This document shows positions 36,280 to 46,019 of a stretch of 64,000 nucleotides of DNA, one piece after another. The notes under the pieces were generated by a model. It was given only the letters and a program-made list of their open reading frames with translations, was not told the origin of the DNA and ran no database searches. Both the position numbers and the translations under genes were made by a program. The stretch comes from Thermoplasmatota archaeon. Its GTDB lineage: Archaea > Thermoplasmatota > Thermoplasmata > RBG-16-68-12 > JAGMCJ01. The stretch is taken from the NCBI GenBank assembly GCA_022848865.1, contig JAJISE010000003.1, positions 7,189 through 71,188 on the forward strand, written 5' to 3'. The first letter of the stretch is position 1. Every line of letters starts with the position of its first letter.

Positions 36280-36756
36280 TCAGCCCTCGTGAACGAACAG
36301 CATTCTGGTCAATAGGTCATTAATTTTTTCCCCTCGGTATCCGAGAGACCCACCGAGCGTATATGGCTTCTTGATGCCCTCGAAGCCCTTCAGTGGCGGG
36401 TGGAGTCGCAAGACCGGACCGAGCCCGCTCAGCGAACCCATGCCCTCATCTCCTTTTGCGACAGCCTTTGCAAACGCGATCACTGATTTGAACTTGGAGT
36501 TCTTCTTGACGTATGAGTCTGTTATCTTCTCGCCAGCGGCCGAACCTCTGGTGACAAGCATTCTGGCCAGGGTTTCCGGCTGGATCTCGCCCCAGGTTAT
36601 GTAGTCCTTCGCCTTCTGGAGCATCCCGTTGTATTGTGGATTTTCCGGGATGACGACACAGTGGTTTGACTTGTTCAGCCTGAGGAATCTCATCGTGTCG
36701 GCGATATCCTTCGAGATATTGATAGTGCCTCTGATCCTGATGACCGCGTATGTCAT
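36280..36756 (-). CDS. rpl30: 50S ribosomal protein L30 (uL30)
   Basis: [29 protein letters not shown]. Confidence 0.96.
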   Translation of the reverse strand: MTYAVIRIRGTINISKDIADTMRFLRLNKSNHCVVIPENPQYNGMLQKAKDYITWGEIQPETLARMLVTRGSAAGEKITDSYVKKNSKFKSVIAFAKAVAKGDEGMGSLSGLGPVLRLHPPLKGFEGIKKPYTLGGSLGYRGEKINDLLTRMLFVHEG

Positions 36757-37520
36757 TCAGACTTCTCCTTTGCTTTCTCTCCTTCCTCCCCCTGTGCCTC
36801 CGAGGTCTTCTTCTCCTCTTTCGGTTCACCCTCGGTCTCCACGGGTTCTGACGTGTCGCCTTCTGCCCGAATTTCGGTTGGTCCGGAGACTATGCACAGG
36901 ATTTTGGATTGCTCTTCAGACATCTTCATGGCGCCCGTTTGCTTCAGTGCATCGAACGCGGCGAAAGCGTAGTTCACCGTGGTCCTGGAGTGTCCCTTGG
37001 TGAAGCCCCAAGCGTCCTTAATGCCCGCCAACCTGAGTATGCTCCTCGCAACGCCTCCCACGGCGAGGGAAATGCCCCTCGGTGCGGGTTTCAGAACGAC
37101 CTCAACCGATCCGCTCTTGCCCTTGACTTGGAACGGAAGGGAGTGTGCTCTTCCACACCCGCATTCCCAGGATCCGCAACCCCTCTTCACTTCGACAACG
37201 TTTAGCTTCGCAGCATCTATCGTCTTCCTTATTGCCGGGCCAACCTCTTTCCCCTTGGTCCTTCCCAGCCCCACGTAGCCATCCTCATTGCCGACGACGG
37301 CCACGATAACGAAGTTGACCCTCCGTCCGCTGTCCGTCATCCTCTGGACCATGTTAACGTCAAGAACCTCATCGCCAAGATTGGGGAGCAGGATGTCCAC
37401 GATCTGTGGCTCCTTGAGCGGAAGGCCTGTATCCAGCGCTTCCCTCATGCTTGATATCTCCCCGCGGAAGACCATCTTCCCGAGCCTTGTCTTGGGCTGC
37501 CAGTCCGGTTTATACCTCAT
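36753..37520 (-). CDS. rps5: 30S ribosomal protein S5 (uS5)
   Basis: [27 protein letters not shown]. Confidence 0.97.
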   Translation of the reverse strand: MRYKPDWQPKTRLGKMVFRGEISSMREALDTGLPLKEPQIVDILLPNLGDEVLDVNMVQRMTDSGRRVNFVIVAVVGNEDGYVGLGRTKGKEVGPAIRKTIDAAKLNVVEVKRGCGSWECGCGRAHSLPFQVKGKSGSVEVVLKPAPRGISLAVGGVARSILRLAGIKDAWGFTKGHSRTTVNYAFAAFDALKQTGAMKMSEEQSKILCIVSGPTEIRAEGDTSEPVETEGEPKEEKKTSEAQGEEGEKAKEKSE

Positions 37521-38023
37521 TTGCCGTCCTCCATCTTGGACATCACTGCCTCAAACGCCTTGACAGCGTCCTCGCCGATATGTTCTCCTCTTGTCCTCTC
37601 TTCGCTCGGGAGTATCTCCTCGCCGCAGGGTATCTGGAGGCCTGCGTCCAACAGCCCCTTCAGTGAAGCGAAGACCCTGGACCCTTTCGTAGGCACGTGC
37701 AAGCCCATGTCGAGCACGGCCTTCTCTACGCCATTCTCAAGCGCCCTTCTGCCAGCCAGATATCCAGTGAGATAGGCCGCCGGGATACTTGACGTCGATC
37801 TCTCCCAACCCAGCTTCCTGAGCTCGGTCGAGACCGCCGAACTGAGCACTCTGTCACCGGTGGGGTCGTAACTCATGACTTGGACCGACGTGCTCCTATT
37901 GGAAGCTCTGACGACAGCCCTCGGCAGACCGGACCTCAGCAACCTCGACCTGAGCCTATAGTCCGTCCTTCCCTCGCGCCTCCTCCGGAATGCCACTCTT
38001 TTTCTCGGACCCCTGACCATCAT
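37517..38023 (-). CDS. rpl18: 50S ribosomal protein L18 (uL18)
   Basis: [23 protein letters not shown]. Confidence 0.97.
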   Translation of the reverse strand: MMVRGPRKRVAFRRRREGRTDYRLRSRLLRSGLPRAVVRASNRSTSVQVMSYDPTGDRVLSSAVSTELRKLGWERSTSSIPAAYLTGYLAGRRALENGVEKAVLDMGLHVPTKGSRVFASLKGLLDAGLQIPCGEEILPSEERTRGEHIGEDAVKAFEAVMSKMEDGK

Positions 38024-38475
38024 TCATCCCCCTTAAGATATCCGCCTGACCTAAGGTGCGTCTCGAGGTGCGATTTGCTCTTAAAGACTCCGCCCTTCGC
38101 CTGGAGATAGAACTTCCTGTAAGTCGATACGTCTATCTTCCCCTCGTCTCGGAGTTCACGCAGTCTTTCCCTTATCGGCCGGATGGTCTGAATCCACCTT
38201 TCCTTCTTCGGCTTCCTGGCCTTGCTGGTGCCCTTCCGGCTTCCCTGGCCTCTGCCTCTCCCCTTCTTCCTCTGGCCTCTGTAGTATCTTGTCCGGCCTC
38301 TGGAGATCCCTTTCTTCTGCTTAGCCTTTATCGTTCCTGCATCAATCTGGATTTGGATGTCTGTTCTTGTTATGGCATCGGCTACATCTTCCATTCGGAG
38401 CGGGTCGATCCACACCCTGTTGACCCCGCACTTAAGAAGACTGGCTGCCATTCTCCTCTGATTCTTCAGGTTCAT
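38020..38475 (-). CDS. rpl19e: 50S ribosomal protein L19e
   Basis: QRRMAA, RVWIDP, GSRKG, LYLQAKGG-like motif (FYLQAKGG). Confidence 0.97.
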   Translation of the reverse strand: MNLKNQRRMAASLLKCGVNRVWIDPLRMEDVADAITRTDIQIQIDAGTIKAKQKKGISRGRTRYYRGQRKKGRGRGQGSRKGTSKARKPKKERWIQTIRPIRERLRELRDEGKIDVSTYRKFYLQAKGGVFKSKSHLETHLRSGGYLKGDE

Positions 38476-39091
38476 GAACCATGCTCCTGTTCAGTATGCG
38501 GATTCCAATCTCGTCTGCTCTTGCCTCAATCTCAACACGCTTCCTGGTCCCCACCGAGTGCCCGATGCGAGCCGCTTGGGTCTTCGGATCGAGCACTTCT
38601 AGTTCTTTCACATTGTGGATGAGGGCATCCCTAAAGCCTGAAGGATGGAGTCCTCTGGCCTTTCGCGGTGATCGATATCCGACCGACACCATCTTGGGTC
38701 TGTACTTCAACCCCTTTCTCATCTTTGAATGAAGGCCGCGTGGTTTCCTCCAGCTCTTGCCCAACTTCTTGTACCTAAACCACTCCTGTCTCCTGAACGC
38801 GGGTCTCTTCCGCTTCTGCTTCTCTCTGACCTTGAGAAGCAGCTTTGTCTCATCATCCAGAACGGGTTTTATCTTTGGTCGTACCGCCTCTTCCTCTATG
38901 ATCTCGATTTCCTCTTCTTCCTCTTTCAGACGACTCCTCAGTCTCTTCCTGAGTTCAGCGACTGTCCCTTCCGTATCGAGCCCTTGGGACTCGCACATCT
39001 CGATGAGCTCAGCCTTTCTGGCCTTGCCTATCTCCGTCAGCGTTGGCGGTTCTGCCTTCCTCTCGACCTTCTTAGCCTTCTTCTCACTCAT
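38432..39091 (-). CDS. rpl32e: 50S ribosomal protein L32e with an N-terminal SAP-like extension
   Basis: FRRQEWFRY, WRKPRGLHSKMR and RGLHPSG motifs, preceded by about 90 extra residues. Confidence 0.95.
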   Translation of the reverse strand: MSEKKAKKVERKAEPPTLTEIGKARKAELIEMCESQGLDTEGTVAELRKRLRSRLKEEEEEIEIIEEEAVRPKIKPVLDDETKLLLKVREKQKRKRPAFRRQEWFRYKKLGKSWRKPRGLHSKMRKGLKYRPKMVSVGYRSPRKARGLHPSGFRDALIHNVKELEVLDPKTQAARIGHSVGTRKRVEIEARADEIGIRILNRSMVHEPEESEENGSQSS

Positions 39092-39653
39092 TCTCCTGCA
39101 CCTTGGGTTTCTCTGTTATGTATACGCCGTCCTGAAAGACTCGAGGATCGAATCCTTTTATCTTTGTGGCCTGCTCGATATTCGCGGCCGACTGACCCAC
39201 GTCCTCTTTGCTGTTACCCTTAAGTTTCACAGTGTCCCCTTTGACCGTAACCTCGGTCTCACCCATTATCCTCGCCGTCCTGGGATGCCTTTCTCCCAAG
39301 AAGTTCTCAATCAGCACGATACTCCGTTCCTCATTCACGGAGACCTTCATCGGGAAGTGAGCGTAGACAATCCTCATTTCGCACTCGAATCCCTTCGCCG
39401 TGCCCAGCATCATGTTCCTTATGTGGGATGCAAACGTTCCCACCAAAGCCGCTTCCTTCTTCTTCGGGAACTCACATGACACCACGATCTCATCCCCGTC
39501 CTTGTCAACGGAGACCAGAGGATGGAAGAAACGTCTCTCTACGGTGGATCCATGGCTCGAGATAGTGACCTTGTCCTCTTCGACGGCTGCGTCGACACCG
39601 TCAGGGATTCCGATTCTTTTCTCAATCCTTCCTGATACTGGCATTGATAGCAC
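39084..39653 (-). CDS. rpl6: 50S ribosomal protein L6 (uL6)
   Basis: YAHFPM, NFLGER, DPRVFQDGVY. Confidence 0.97.
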   Translation of the reverse strand: MLSMPVSGRIEKRIGIPDGVDAAVEEDKVTISSHGSTVERRFFHPLVSVDKDGDEIVVSCEFPKKKEAALVGTFASHIRNMMLGTAKGFECEMRIVYAHFPMKVSVNEERSIVLIENFLGERHPRTARIMGETEVTVKGDTVKLKGNSKEDVGQSAANIEQATKIKGFDPRVFQDGVYITEKPKVQENE

Positions 39654-40043
39654 CTAATACACAAACGCGAGCAGCTTTCCGCCAACACCGAGCTCCTTGG
39701 CCCTCGAGTGAGACAGTACACCTTCCGTCGTCGTCAGAATGAGGACACCGAAGTTCTGGGCGGGCAGGAACCTTGACTCGTACTTCTCGAGATTCACCCT
39801 CTTCACGGAGAAGCGGGGCTTGATGACACCACAGTTGTTTATGTTTCCGTTCAGTTCCACCTCGAAGATTCCAGACTTGCCATCCTCTATGTATTCGAAC
39901 TTCCTGATGAACCTGTTCTCCTGCATCACCTTGAGTACTCTGGCTATGAGTTTCGAGGATGGCCTAATCAAGCACTTCCTCTTCCCAGAGAGTTCCGCAT
40001 TCCTTATGCGAACCATGGCATCGTTCAATGGATCATGCTGCAC
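39654..40043 (-). CDS. rps8: 30S ribosomal protein S8 (uS8)
   Basis: DPLNDA, INNCGVIKPRF, GGKLLAFVY. GTG start after a GGTGA RBS. Confidence 0.96.
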   Translation of the reverse strand: MQHDPLNDAMVRIRNAELSGKRKCLIRPSSKLIARVLKVMQENRFIRKFEYIEDGKSGIFEVELNGNINNCGVIKPRFSVKRVNLEKYESRFLPAQNFGVLILTTTEGVLSHSRAKELGVGGKLLAFVY

Positions 40044-40052
40044 GCCTATCAC

Positions 40053-40199
40053 CTATGAGTACTTCCTGAAGCCGAGCTCGAAGGCAACTTCGCGGAAGCA
40101 TTGGCGGCAGAGATAGATTCTGCTCCTTCTGATGATGCCCCGCTTGCGCCCGCATCGCTTGCAGCCTCTCTTCCTTCCGAACTCCTTCTTCGGTTTCAT
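40053..40199 (-). CDS. rps14: 30S ribosomal protein S14 (uS14, zinc-binding; absent from the ORF track)
   Basis: Manual translation: [48 protein letters not shown]. Confidence 0.96.
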   Translation of the reverse strand: MKPKKEFGRKRGCKRCGRKRGIIRRSRIYLCRQCFREVAFELGFRKYS

Positions 40200-40705
40200 C
40201 CGACTACCTCAATCTCAAACCTGTCCTGTATGAACTGAATCCCTTCTTCACGGGTCACTCTGTGCCTAATCGGGATCTTTGACGTTCTTCTCCTTCTCTT
40301 GGTCACCCGGTAGCCAGGGCGCTTTAGACTAACGGAGACGTCCATCCCGAAGATTCCGATCTCGGGATCGTACTTCATCTCCTCGAACTCCGTGTAGTCA
40401 GGGACACCGAACGAGAAGTTCCCCTCAGGGTCGAAGTTATAGTTCGCGAGTCTGTTGTTCTTCACCCAAAGGGCTCGCTTGAGGAAATCCTCAGCCTTCT
40501 CGCCCCTCAACGTCACCTTGCACCCAATCGGCATGCCTTCTCTAATGCCAAGATCCTTGTTCGTCGTCTTTGAAATGGTCTCTACTGGCCTCTGGCCTGT
40601 GAGCATTTCGAGAACCTTCTGAGCCTTGATGAGTCTCTCTCCTGCCTCGCCTACGCCGATATTGACCACGGTTTTCTCGATTCTTAAGCCTCTCATATCA
40701 CTCAC
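40196..40705 (-). CDS. rpl5: 50S ribosomal protein L5 (uL5)
   Basis: [30 protein letters not shown]. Confidence 0.97.
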   Translation of the reverse strand: MSDMRGLRIEKTVVNIGVGEAGERLIKAQKVLEMLTGQRPVETISKTTNKDLGIREGMPIGCKVTLRGEKAEDFLKRALWVKNNRLANYNFDPEGNFSFGVPDYTEFEEMKYDPEIGIFGMDVSVSLKRPGYRVTKRRRRTSKIPIRHRVTREEGIQFIQDRFEIEVVG

Positions 40706-40713
40706 TTATTCGT

Positions 40714-41424
40714 CTAGACGACCTTTGTTTCTGGTATCTTAATCTCAGGGGATTTCTTGCCCACGACGAAGACGTTTCTGAAGGAAGTGCTGAAGCCCTC
40801 CTCGAACGTGACCTCGTTCTCCCTCGGGTTTCTGGATTCCTCGTATTCCTTGAGCTTGACTAGCTCCCCAACATGCTTCCCACCAACAAGGAGGGCGACG
40901 TTTCCTTTCGTCAACTCATAGTGGTCCATTATCTTCTGGTCAGGAACGCTGATCTTCAAGACATCTCCAGTCCTGTATGCATTCTTGTCGAGGAGGATGT
41001 TCCTGCCGTCGAACATGTTGAGCTGAATCCTTCCGCCTCTCACGGTAGTCTTCCCCTCGATTCTCGAGAGCTTCCATTTCGCCTGTTTGGCGTCTATTCC
41101 AACTAGTCGAAGCCTGCCTTTCGTGTCGATCAGCATCCTGAAGTGCTCCTTCTTCTGCTCGAACGAGAGGACATCCATCAGACCGACGCCTCTCTTCAGG
41201 TCCCTCATGGGCTTCCCGTCTACTCGAACCCCTCTAGATGAAAGGAGCATCCTCGCTTCTCTGGCACTATCGCAGTAGTGGAGCGTGTCCCTCAGGATGA
41301 TCTGCAGGGGAATCGACTCTTCCAAGCCGTGGGGTCCTGGTCTCGGTCTTGCGACCCATTTGTGCTTCTTCCTTGGAATCATCCAACTCCTTGGTGACGC
41401 CAGTCGTTTCAGGTGTTTCTTCAT
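40714..41424 (-). CDS. rps4e: 30S ribosomal protein S4e
   Basis: KHLKRLASP, PRPGPH, VGLMDV. Confidence 0.97.
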   Translation of the reverse strand: MKKHLKRLASPRSWMIPRKKHKWVARPRPGPHGLEESIPLQIILRDTLHYCDSAREARMLLSSRGVRVDGKPMRDLKRGVGLMDVLSFEQKKEHFRMLIDTKGRLRLVGIDAKQAKWKLSRIEGKTTVRGGRIQLNMFDGRNILLDKNAYRTGDVLKISVPDQKIMDHYELTKGNVALLVGGKHVGELVKLKEYEESRNPRENEVTFEEGFSTSFRNVFVVGKKSPEIKIPETKVV

Positions 41425-41795
41425 TCTCTATCTCCCAGCGCTTCGAATTTTTCTCTCCTCACAGGGTCGGAGAGATCCAGCTTCGTTATTATCAAGTTTG
41501 ACGGATGGATCTTCTTTCCGATCTGGGTACCATCCGCTTTCTTTCTCGTCAGCCCTTCGATTGTAATCGTCATGCTCTTCGTGTCCGTCGTGGCAATCTT
41601 GCCCTCGTGACCCCTGTCGGTCCCACGGGTGATACGCACGGTGTCCCCCTTGCGGACGGGTACAGCGCGCGGGTAGGCCTTCTTCTCGTCTCCGAGATAC
41701 TTCTCGGATAGATGGGCAGACATCCTCTTCCTCCTCGTATGCCAGGGGGCTGTGTATAGATCCTTTCTCTGCTTTCTAGCCTTCCCGCTTTTCAT
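41421..41795 (-). CDS. rpl24: 50S ribosomal protein L24 (uL24)
   Basis: RKQRK, VRKGDTV, IHPSNL. Confidence 0.96.
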   Translation of the reverse strand: MKSGKARKQRKDLYTAPWHTRRKRMSAHLSEKYLGDEKKAYPRAVPVRKGDTVRITRGTDRGHEGKIATTDTKSMTITIEGLTRKKADGTQIGKKIHPSNLIITKLDLSDPVRREKFEALGDRE

Positions 41796-41805
41796 CGTTA
41801 CACCC

Positions 41806-42204
41806 TCATACTATCATCGATGCCGTCGCAGCGATACGAGGCCATCTTTCGGCAGCTTCCCTCGCCACGGGGCCTTTGATGTCCGTGCCCTTCGTCTCGC
41901 CCGTGGGCGTTGTAATCACCACGGCATTATCCTCAAACTGAACCATCACTCCGTCCGATCTTCGGAACGGCCTTCTCTGTCTGACTATGACGGCATACAC
42001 AAGCTGTTTCCTCATCTCAGGCGTCCCCTTCTTCACGCTCACCACAAGTAGATCGCCGATTCCGGCGCTCGGATACCGTCTCAACCGTCCGTGATACTTG
42101 GGGACCTCCACGATCTGGACGACCCTCGCTCCAGTGTTGTCTATGCAATCCAGATACGCTCCCTTTGGGAGGCCTCTTGTCTGTCTTCCGGCTATCCCCT
42201 TCAT
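41806..42204 (-). CDS. rpl14: 50S ribosomal protein L14 (uL14)
   Basis: [29 protein letters not shown]. Confidence 0.97.
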   Translation of the reverse strand: MKGIAGRQTRGLPKGAYLDCIDNTGARVVQIVEVPKYHGRLRRYPSAGIGDLLVVSVKKGTPEMRKQLVYAVIVRQRRPFRRSDGVMVQFEDNAVVITTPTGETKGTDIKGPVAREAAERWPRIAATASMIV

Positions 42205-42208
42205 TCGG

Positions 42209-42547
42209 CTAGTCCTCCCTCTTCTCGATCGCCACGTATGTTACGGTCTTGCTGAGCGGGCGGCATTCCATTATCGCCACGCTGTCCCCACGCTCGATCT
42301 CCAGACACGGGGGGCTGTGAGCCACGTATTCCCTTGTTCGCTTCTCGTATCTCTCGTACTTCGGTATCAGCCTGATGTACTCTCTTTCCACGACTATCGT
42401 GTTCTTCATCTTGCTGGATTTCACCTTGCCTTTCAGGGTCTGACCCCTTACTGGAAGATTCCCGTGGAAAGGACAGTGAGCATCATCGCAGCTCTTCTTT
42501 GGAGTGGGAACGTCCATTCCGATATCTCTCGCCTTCTTCTTCGGCAT
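42209..42547 (-). CDS. rps17: 30S ribosomal protein S17 (uS17)
   Basis: [20 protein letters not shown]. Confidence 0.97.
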   Translation of the reverse strand: MPKKKARDIGMDVPTPKKSCDDAHCPFHGNLPVRGQTLKGKVKSSKMKNTIVVEREYIRLIPKYERYEKRTREYVAHSPPCLEIERGDSVAIMECRPLSKTVTYVAIEKRED

Positions 42548-42550
42548 GTT

Positions 42551-42814
42551 TCACCTCGCTCGCTTTGTCCTGTCTTCCGGACGGTGGAGGAGCCTCGCTC
42601 CGTCTATGTCAACACCTCCATCGATATGGAACCTGAATAGCGTTCCTTGCTTCGGTACGGTCTTTTCCACGTCCTTCACGTCAATCACTACCGTGTTCTT
42701 GGTCTCGTCCACAACAGTCCCCCTGAACCCAACAAGGTTACTGCAAGTCGAGCTGATGACCTCTGCTTCCAGCCCTATCAACTCATGTTTGTGGAGCATC
42801 GTAGACCTCTTCAT
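42551..42814 (-). CDS. rnp1: Ribonuclease P protein component 1 (Rpp29)
   Basis: HELIGL, GTVVDETKN, VPK, RPEDR; typical position between rpl29/SUI1 and rps17. Confidence 0.92.
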   Translation of the reverse strand: MKRSTMLHKHELIGLEAEVISSTCSNLVGFRGTVVDETKNTVVIDVKDVEKTVPKQGTLFRFHIDGGVDIDGARLLHRPEDRTKRAR

Positions 42815-42815
42815 A

Positions 42816-43115
42816 TCATCTGACTTCGACTGTGAACCCTATATCCTCCAGGGCAAGCTTGACTTTCTTCTTGTGTTCCCCCTGGAGCTCGATTCGTCCG
42901 TCCTTCACTGTGCCACCTGCAGCGCACTTCGTCTTCAGCCTCTTTGCCAGGTCATCGATGTCGATGTCGGCGGCATCGATTCCCTCGACAATCGTGACCA
43001 TCTTTCCATAGCGCCTCCTGTCGCTGTAGATTTTTATGCGCTGCTGTTCCCTGGCTATCTCTTCGCACATGCACAATTCTTGTGGAAGCCCACAAACTGG
43101 GCAGATCCCAGCCAT
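42816..43115 (-). CDS. Translation initiation factor SUI1/aIF1 homolog
   Basis: [24 protein letters not shown]. Confidence 0.95.
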   Translation of the reverse strand: MAGICPVCGLPQELCMCEEIAREQQRIKIYSDRRRYGKMVTIVEGIDAADIDIDDLAKRLKTKCAAGGTVKDGRIELQGEHKKKVKLALEDIGFTVEVR

Positions 43116-43348
43116 TATTTCTTTTCCTCCTTGACTGCCTCCTCTCCTTTCGTCTCCTCTTCCTGGATTATCGTGAGTAATCGTGATATGTTGGACCTGA
43201 TTGCCCTAATCCTTCCCGGGCTTGCTGGAGCACCGCCCATTGCTGCGACTCCTCTCTCGTGCATGAGGTCATTCCTGAGCTCTTTCAGCTTCTTTTGCCT
43301 CTCCTCGATGTTCATCTCCCTTATCTCGCTTGTCCTCAGCAGCGCCAT
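43115..43348 (-). CDS. rpl29: 50S ribosomal protein L29 (uL29)
   Basis: EIREM...[12 protein letters not shown]-like [18 protein letters not shown]. Confidence 0.93.
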   Translation of the reverse strand: MALLRTSEIREMNIEERQKKLKELRNDLMHERGVAAMGGAPASPGRIRAIRSNISRLLTIIQEEETKGEEAVKEEKK

Positions 43349-44102
43349 TCTCAACCTCCTTGGTTTCCGCTTTCTCCTTCACTTCTTTCGGCTTGGCCTT
43401 CTTATCCGAGACTTCCTCTTTCGGGATGGGTTCTGCCTCAACTGCAGGGGCCTCCTCGACATCCGTCGGTTCGTCTGCCGCAGGTTCTTCCGCCTCATCT
43501 CTTGGTTCACGGTCGATTATGTCGATTTCATCTGGAAGCCTCGCCCTTGGGTCCATGATCATGACCTTCACTCCAATGACTCCGAGTTTGACCTTGGCAA
43601 TGGCGAACCCCTCTCTCATCCAGAGCTGCTTGGGCTCCCCACAGAACTTGATGTGCCCAGCCTTGAACTTCTCCATCCTGTGCCTCTGGCCTGTTATCTT
43701 GCCTGAGATGACCACAAGGCATCCTTTGGCTCCAGCACCCATTATCCTCCTGACTGTCGAGTGCCCCGCTCTCCTGAAGTGCCAGCCCCTCTCGAGGGCA
43801 CTCGCCAGCTTCTCGGCCATTATCTGCGAATTGAGGCTTGCGTCCTGCACTTCCTGGACCTCGATTTGGGGATTCTCAAACCCGAATCTCGCTTCAACCG
43901 CCTGAGTGAGGCGTTTTATCGTGGCTCCCTTTCTTCCTATGACCAATCCAGGTCTCTCAGTGATGAGTGTGACCCTGTATCCCATCGGAGTCCTCTGAAT
44001 GTCTAGACCGCCGAAGCCCGCTCTCTGTGTCTTCGCCATGAGGTACTCCTTCAGGAGTATCCTGCGGATTTTTTCTTCTACGATCTTTCTCTCGTTCGCC
44101 AA
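43269..44102 (-). CDS. rps3: 30S ribosomal protein S3 (uS3) with an acidic tail
   Basis: RAGFGG, RPGLVIGRKG, WHFRRAG, KLGVIGVKV. Confidence 0.97.
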   Translation of the reverse strand: MANERKIVEEKIRRILLKEYLMAKTQRAGFGGLDIQRTPMGYRVTLITERPGLVIGRKGATIKRLTQAVEARFGFENPQIEVQEVQDASLNSQIMAEKLASALERGWHFRRAGHSTVRRIMGAGAKGCLVVISGKITGQRHRMEKFKAGHIKFCGEPKQLWMREGFAIAKVKLGVIGVKVMIMDPRARLPDEIDIIDREPRDEAEEPAADEPTDVEEAPAVEAEPIPKEEVSDKKAKPKEVKEKAETKEVENGAAEDKRDKGDEHRGEAKEAERAQE

Positions 44103-44103
44103 A

Positions 44104-44553
44104 CTATTCCTCCTCGCTCCTGAGTATGACCTCGATGTTGACCGTCTCCTTGTTCCAGGGCGTGCTTCTCCCCCTCGCTCTCGCCTTGAATCCCTCGATC
44201 CGCCGACCGGGATGGGCCGCGATGACCTCGATTCTCATTGTCTCCGGGTCGAGCTCGTTCATCTCTGCGTTCGATTGCGCGTCCTTGAGAACCTTGAGTA
44301 TGGCCTTAGCAACGCGAACTGGGTAACCTCCCGTAACTCCGCCCTTCTTGTGAGAAATCGTCTTCTTGTATCTTCTATAGGGGATAATCCTCCTCTTCTC
44401 GATGACCTCCTCGAGGAGATCCTTTGCCTCCTCGACGTTCATCCCCCTAAGTGCTGTGCACACTTCGACCGACTTCTTCGGCGATATCGGAATCTCCTTC
44501 CCGATTGCCTTTGCGATGTCTTCTTCTTCCGGTGTTGCGGTGTAACCCATCAT
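44104..44553 (-). CDS. rpl22: 50S ribosomal protein L22 (uL22)
   Basis: ISPKKSVEV, GYPV, ARGRSTP. Confidence 0.96.
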   Translation of the reverse strand: MMGYTATPEEEDIAKAIGKEIPISPKKSVEVCTALRGMNVEEAKDLLEEVIEKRRIIPYRRYKKTISHKKGGVTGGYPVRVAKAILKVLKDAQSNAEMNELDPETMRIEVIAAHPGRRIEGFKARARGRSTPWNKETVNIEVILRSEEE

Positions 44554-44560
44554 TCTCCTC

Positions 44561-45025
44561 CTACTTCAGTGGCATGTACTTGGATGATCGCGTAGCTCCC
44601 ACGCCTGGTCCCGAATGTTTCACGGGCTTCCTGGTGAGGGCGAACTCGCCAAGATAGTGGCCAATCATCTCTGGTTTGATGTCGACCCTGACGAACTCTT
44701 TCCCGTTGTATACATCTATCCTCCTTCCGACGAAGTCAGGGAGGATGATTATCTCTCTTCTGTGAGTCCTCAACACTTCCTTCTCGTTCGTTCTGACCTT
44801 ATCTACGAACGTCTTCTGCTCGTCGTTGAGCCCCCTGTTGATGGTCCTCCTCGCTCTTGCTGGCAAAAGCTCGACGAACTTGTCGAAGGGCATCTCCTGC
44901 AGTTCTGGAAGGCTGTATCCTCTGTAGGTGAACTCCTTCCTCCTTCGAATCTCAATCGCACCCTCCTTCTTTCTCGTCCGCCTTCTGGCGGCTTTTGAGG
45001 AACCTGAAGTCTTTGTCTTTGCCAT
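44561..45025 (-). CDS. rps19: 30S ribosomal protein S19 (uS19)
   Basis: FTYRGY, RTHRRE, MIGHYLGEF, GATRSS. ATG 45025. Confidence 0.97.
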   Translation of the reverse strand: MAKTKTSGSSKAARRRTRKKEGAIEIRRRKEFTYRGYSLPELQEMPFDKFVELLPARARRTINRGLNDEQKTFVDKVRTNEKEVLRTHRREIIILPDFVGRRIDVYNGKEFVRVDIKPEMIGHYLGEFALTRKPVKHSGPGVGATRSSKYMPLK

Positions 45026-45026
45026 C

Positions 45027-45728
45027 TCATCTCCTCTGCTTCTTCTTCTTCTTTGAGGACAGCCTTCCGACCTTCCTTCCCGGCGGTGCATTAGCCGAAA
45101 CAGTGCTCGGCTTACCCACATGCTGGTGGCTGCCTCCTCCGTGGGGGTGGCTCACAGCATTCATCGCGACACCGCTTGTCTTGAACGGGGCTTTCGCTCT
45201 GCTCCTGAGGGCCTGCACCTTCTTGCCAGCCTTCGCGAAGGGTTTCTCTCCTCTCCCGCTTCCCGCAACGACGCCAACCATGGCTCTGCATTTCGGATCG
45301 AACGACCTGAACTTCCCCGATGGGAGCCTCACGACTGTCCTTGTACCGTGGCTGAGGATCATGGCGGCGGTTCCGGCCGAGCGAGCGAACTTGCCTCCGT
45401 CTCCCGGCTTGGACTCTACATTGAAGATAAGGGTGCTCTCAGGAATCCTACCAAGGGGGAGGACATGACCGCGCTCCACTGAGACCTTCCCGATGCTGAC
45501 GGTCTCGCCGATCTGGAGGCCATCAGATGCAAGCATGAACACATCATTCCTACCAAACCTCACCTTGGCGAGTGGGGCGGTGTGGCCCGGGGAATGGACG
45601 AGGTCCACGACCACTCCATCAAGGTCATCTATCTTGGGCAGATGAACCGGTCCCCTGTGCCGATGGCTGGGTGAGGAGTATGTGCGGGAGCCCTTGCCCC
45701 TTCTCTGCGTTCTCAGTCTCTTCCCCAT
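45027..45728 (-). CDS. rpl2: 50S ribosomal protein L2 (uL2)
   Basis: MGKRLRTQRRG, GGKFARSAG, AMNAVSHPHGGG. Confidence 0.98.
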   Translation of the reverse strand: MGKRLRTQRRGKGSRTYSSPSHRHRGPVHLPKIDDLDGVVVDLVHSPGHTAPLAKVRFGRNDVFMLASDGLQIGETVSIGKVSVERGHVLPLGRIPESTLIFNVESKPGDGGKFARSAGTAAMILSHGTRTVVRLPSGKFRSFDPKCRAMVGVVAGSGRGEKPFAKAGKKVQALRSRAKAPFKTSGVAMNAVSHPHGGGSHQHVGKPSTVSANAPPGRKVGRLSSKKKKKQRR

Positions 45729-46019
45729 TCAGAACACTCCAATCCTGTCACCGACGTCCTTCGCAGAGTAGCCTTCCTTGAGCTTTATCACGGCGTGCTT
45801 CCCATCCTTTCTTATCTTCGTGTTGACCTTCTCCACCTTGACTTCGAAGAGGCTTTCAAAAGCCTCCCTAATCTCCCTCTTGGTCGCGGATCTCTTAACA
45901 ATGAACTCGAGCCTGTTCCCATCCCTGAGGTCCTGCTTCGCCGTGCCGTCGATGCCAGTCATAGTCTTCTCTGTGACGTAGGGATGCAGGAGGATCTCGA
46001 ACTCGCTACCCTTCACCAT
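45729..46019 (-). CDS. rpl23: 50S ribosomal protein L23 (uL23)
   Basis: PYVTEK, ATKREI, VEKVNT. Confidence 0.95.
   Translation of the reverse strand: MVKGSEFEILLHPYVTEKTMTGIDGTAKQDLRDGNRLEFIVKRSATKREIREAFESLFEVKVEKVNTKIRKDGKHAVIKLKEGYSAKDVGDRIGVF

Noticed and set aside
42504-43706. 400-aa plus-strand ORF over the ribosomal genes
   Set aside because: It is the antisense shadow of rps17, rnp1, SUI1, rpl29 and rps3. Its hydrophobic S/F/L-rich composition mirrors the K/E/R codons on the other strand.
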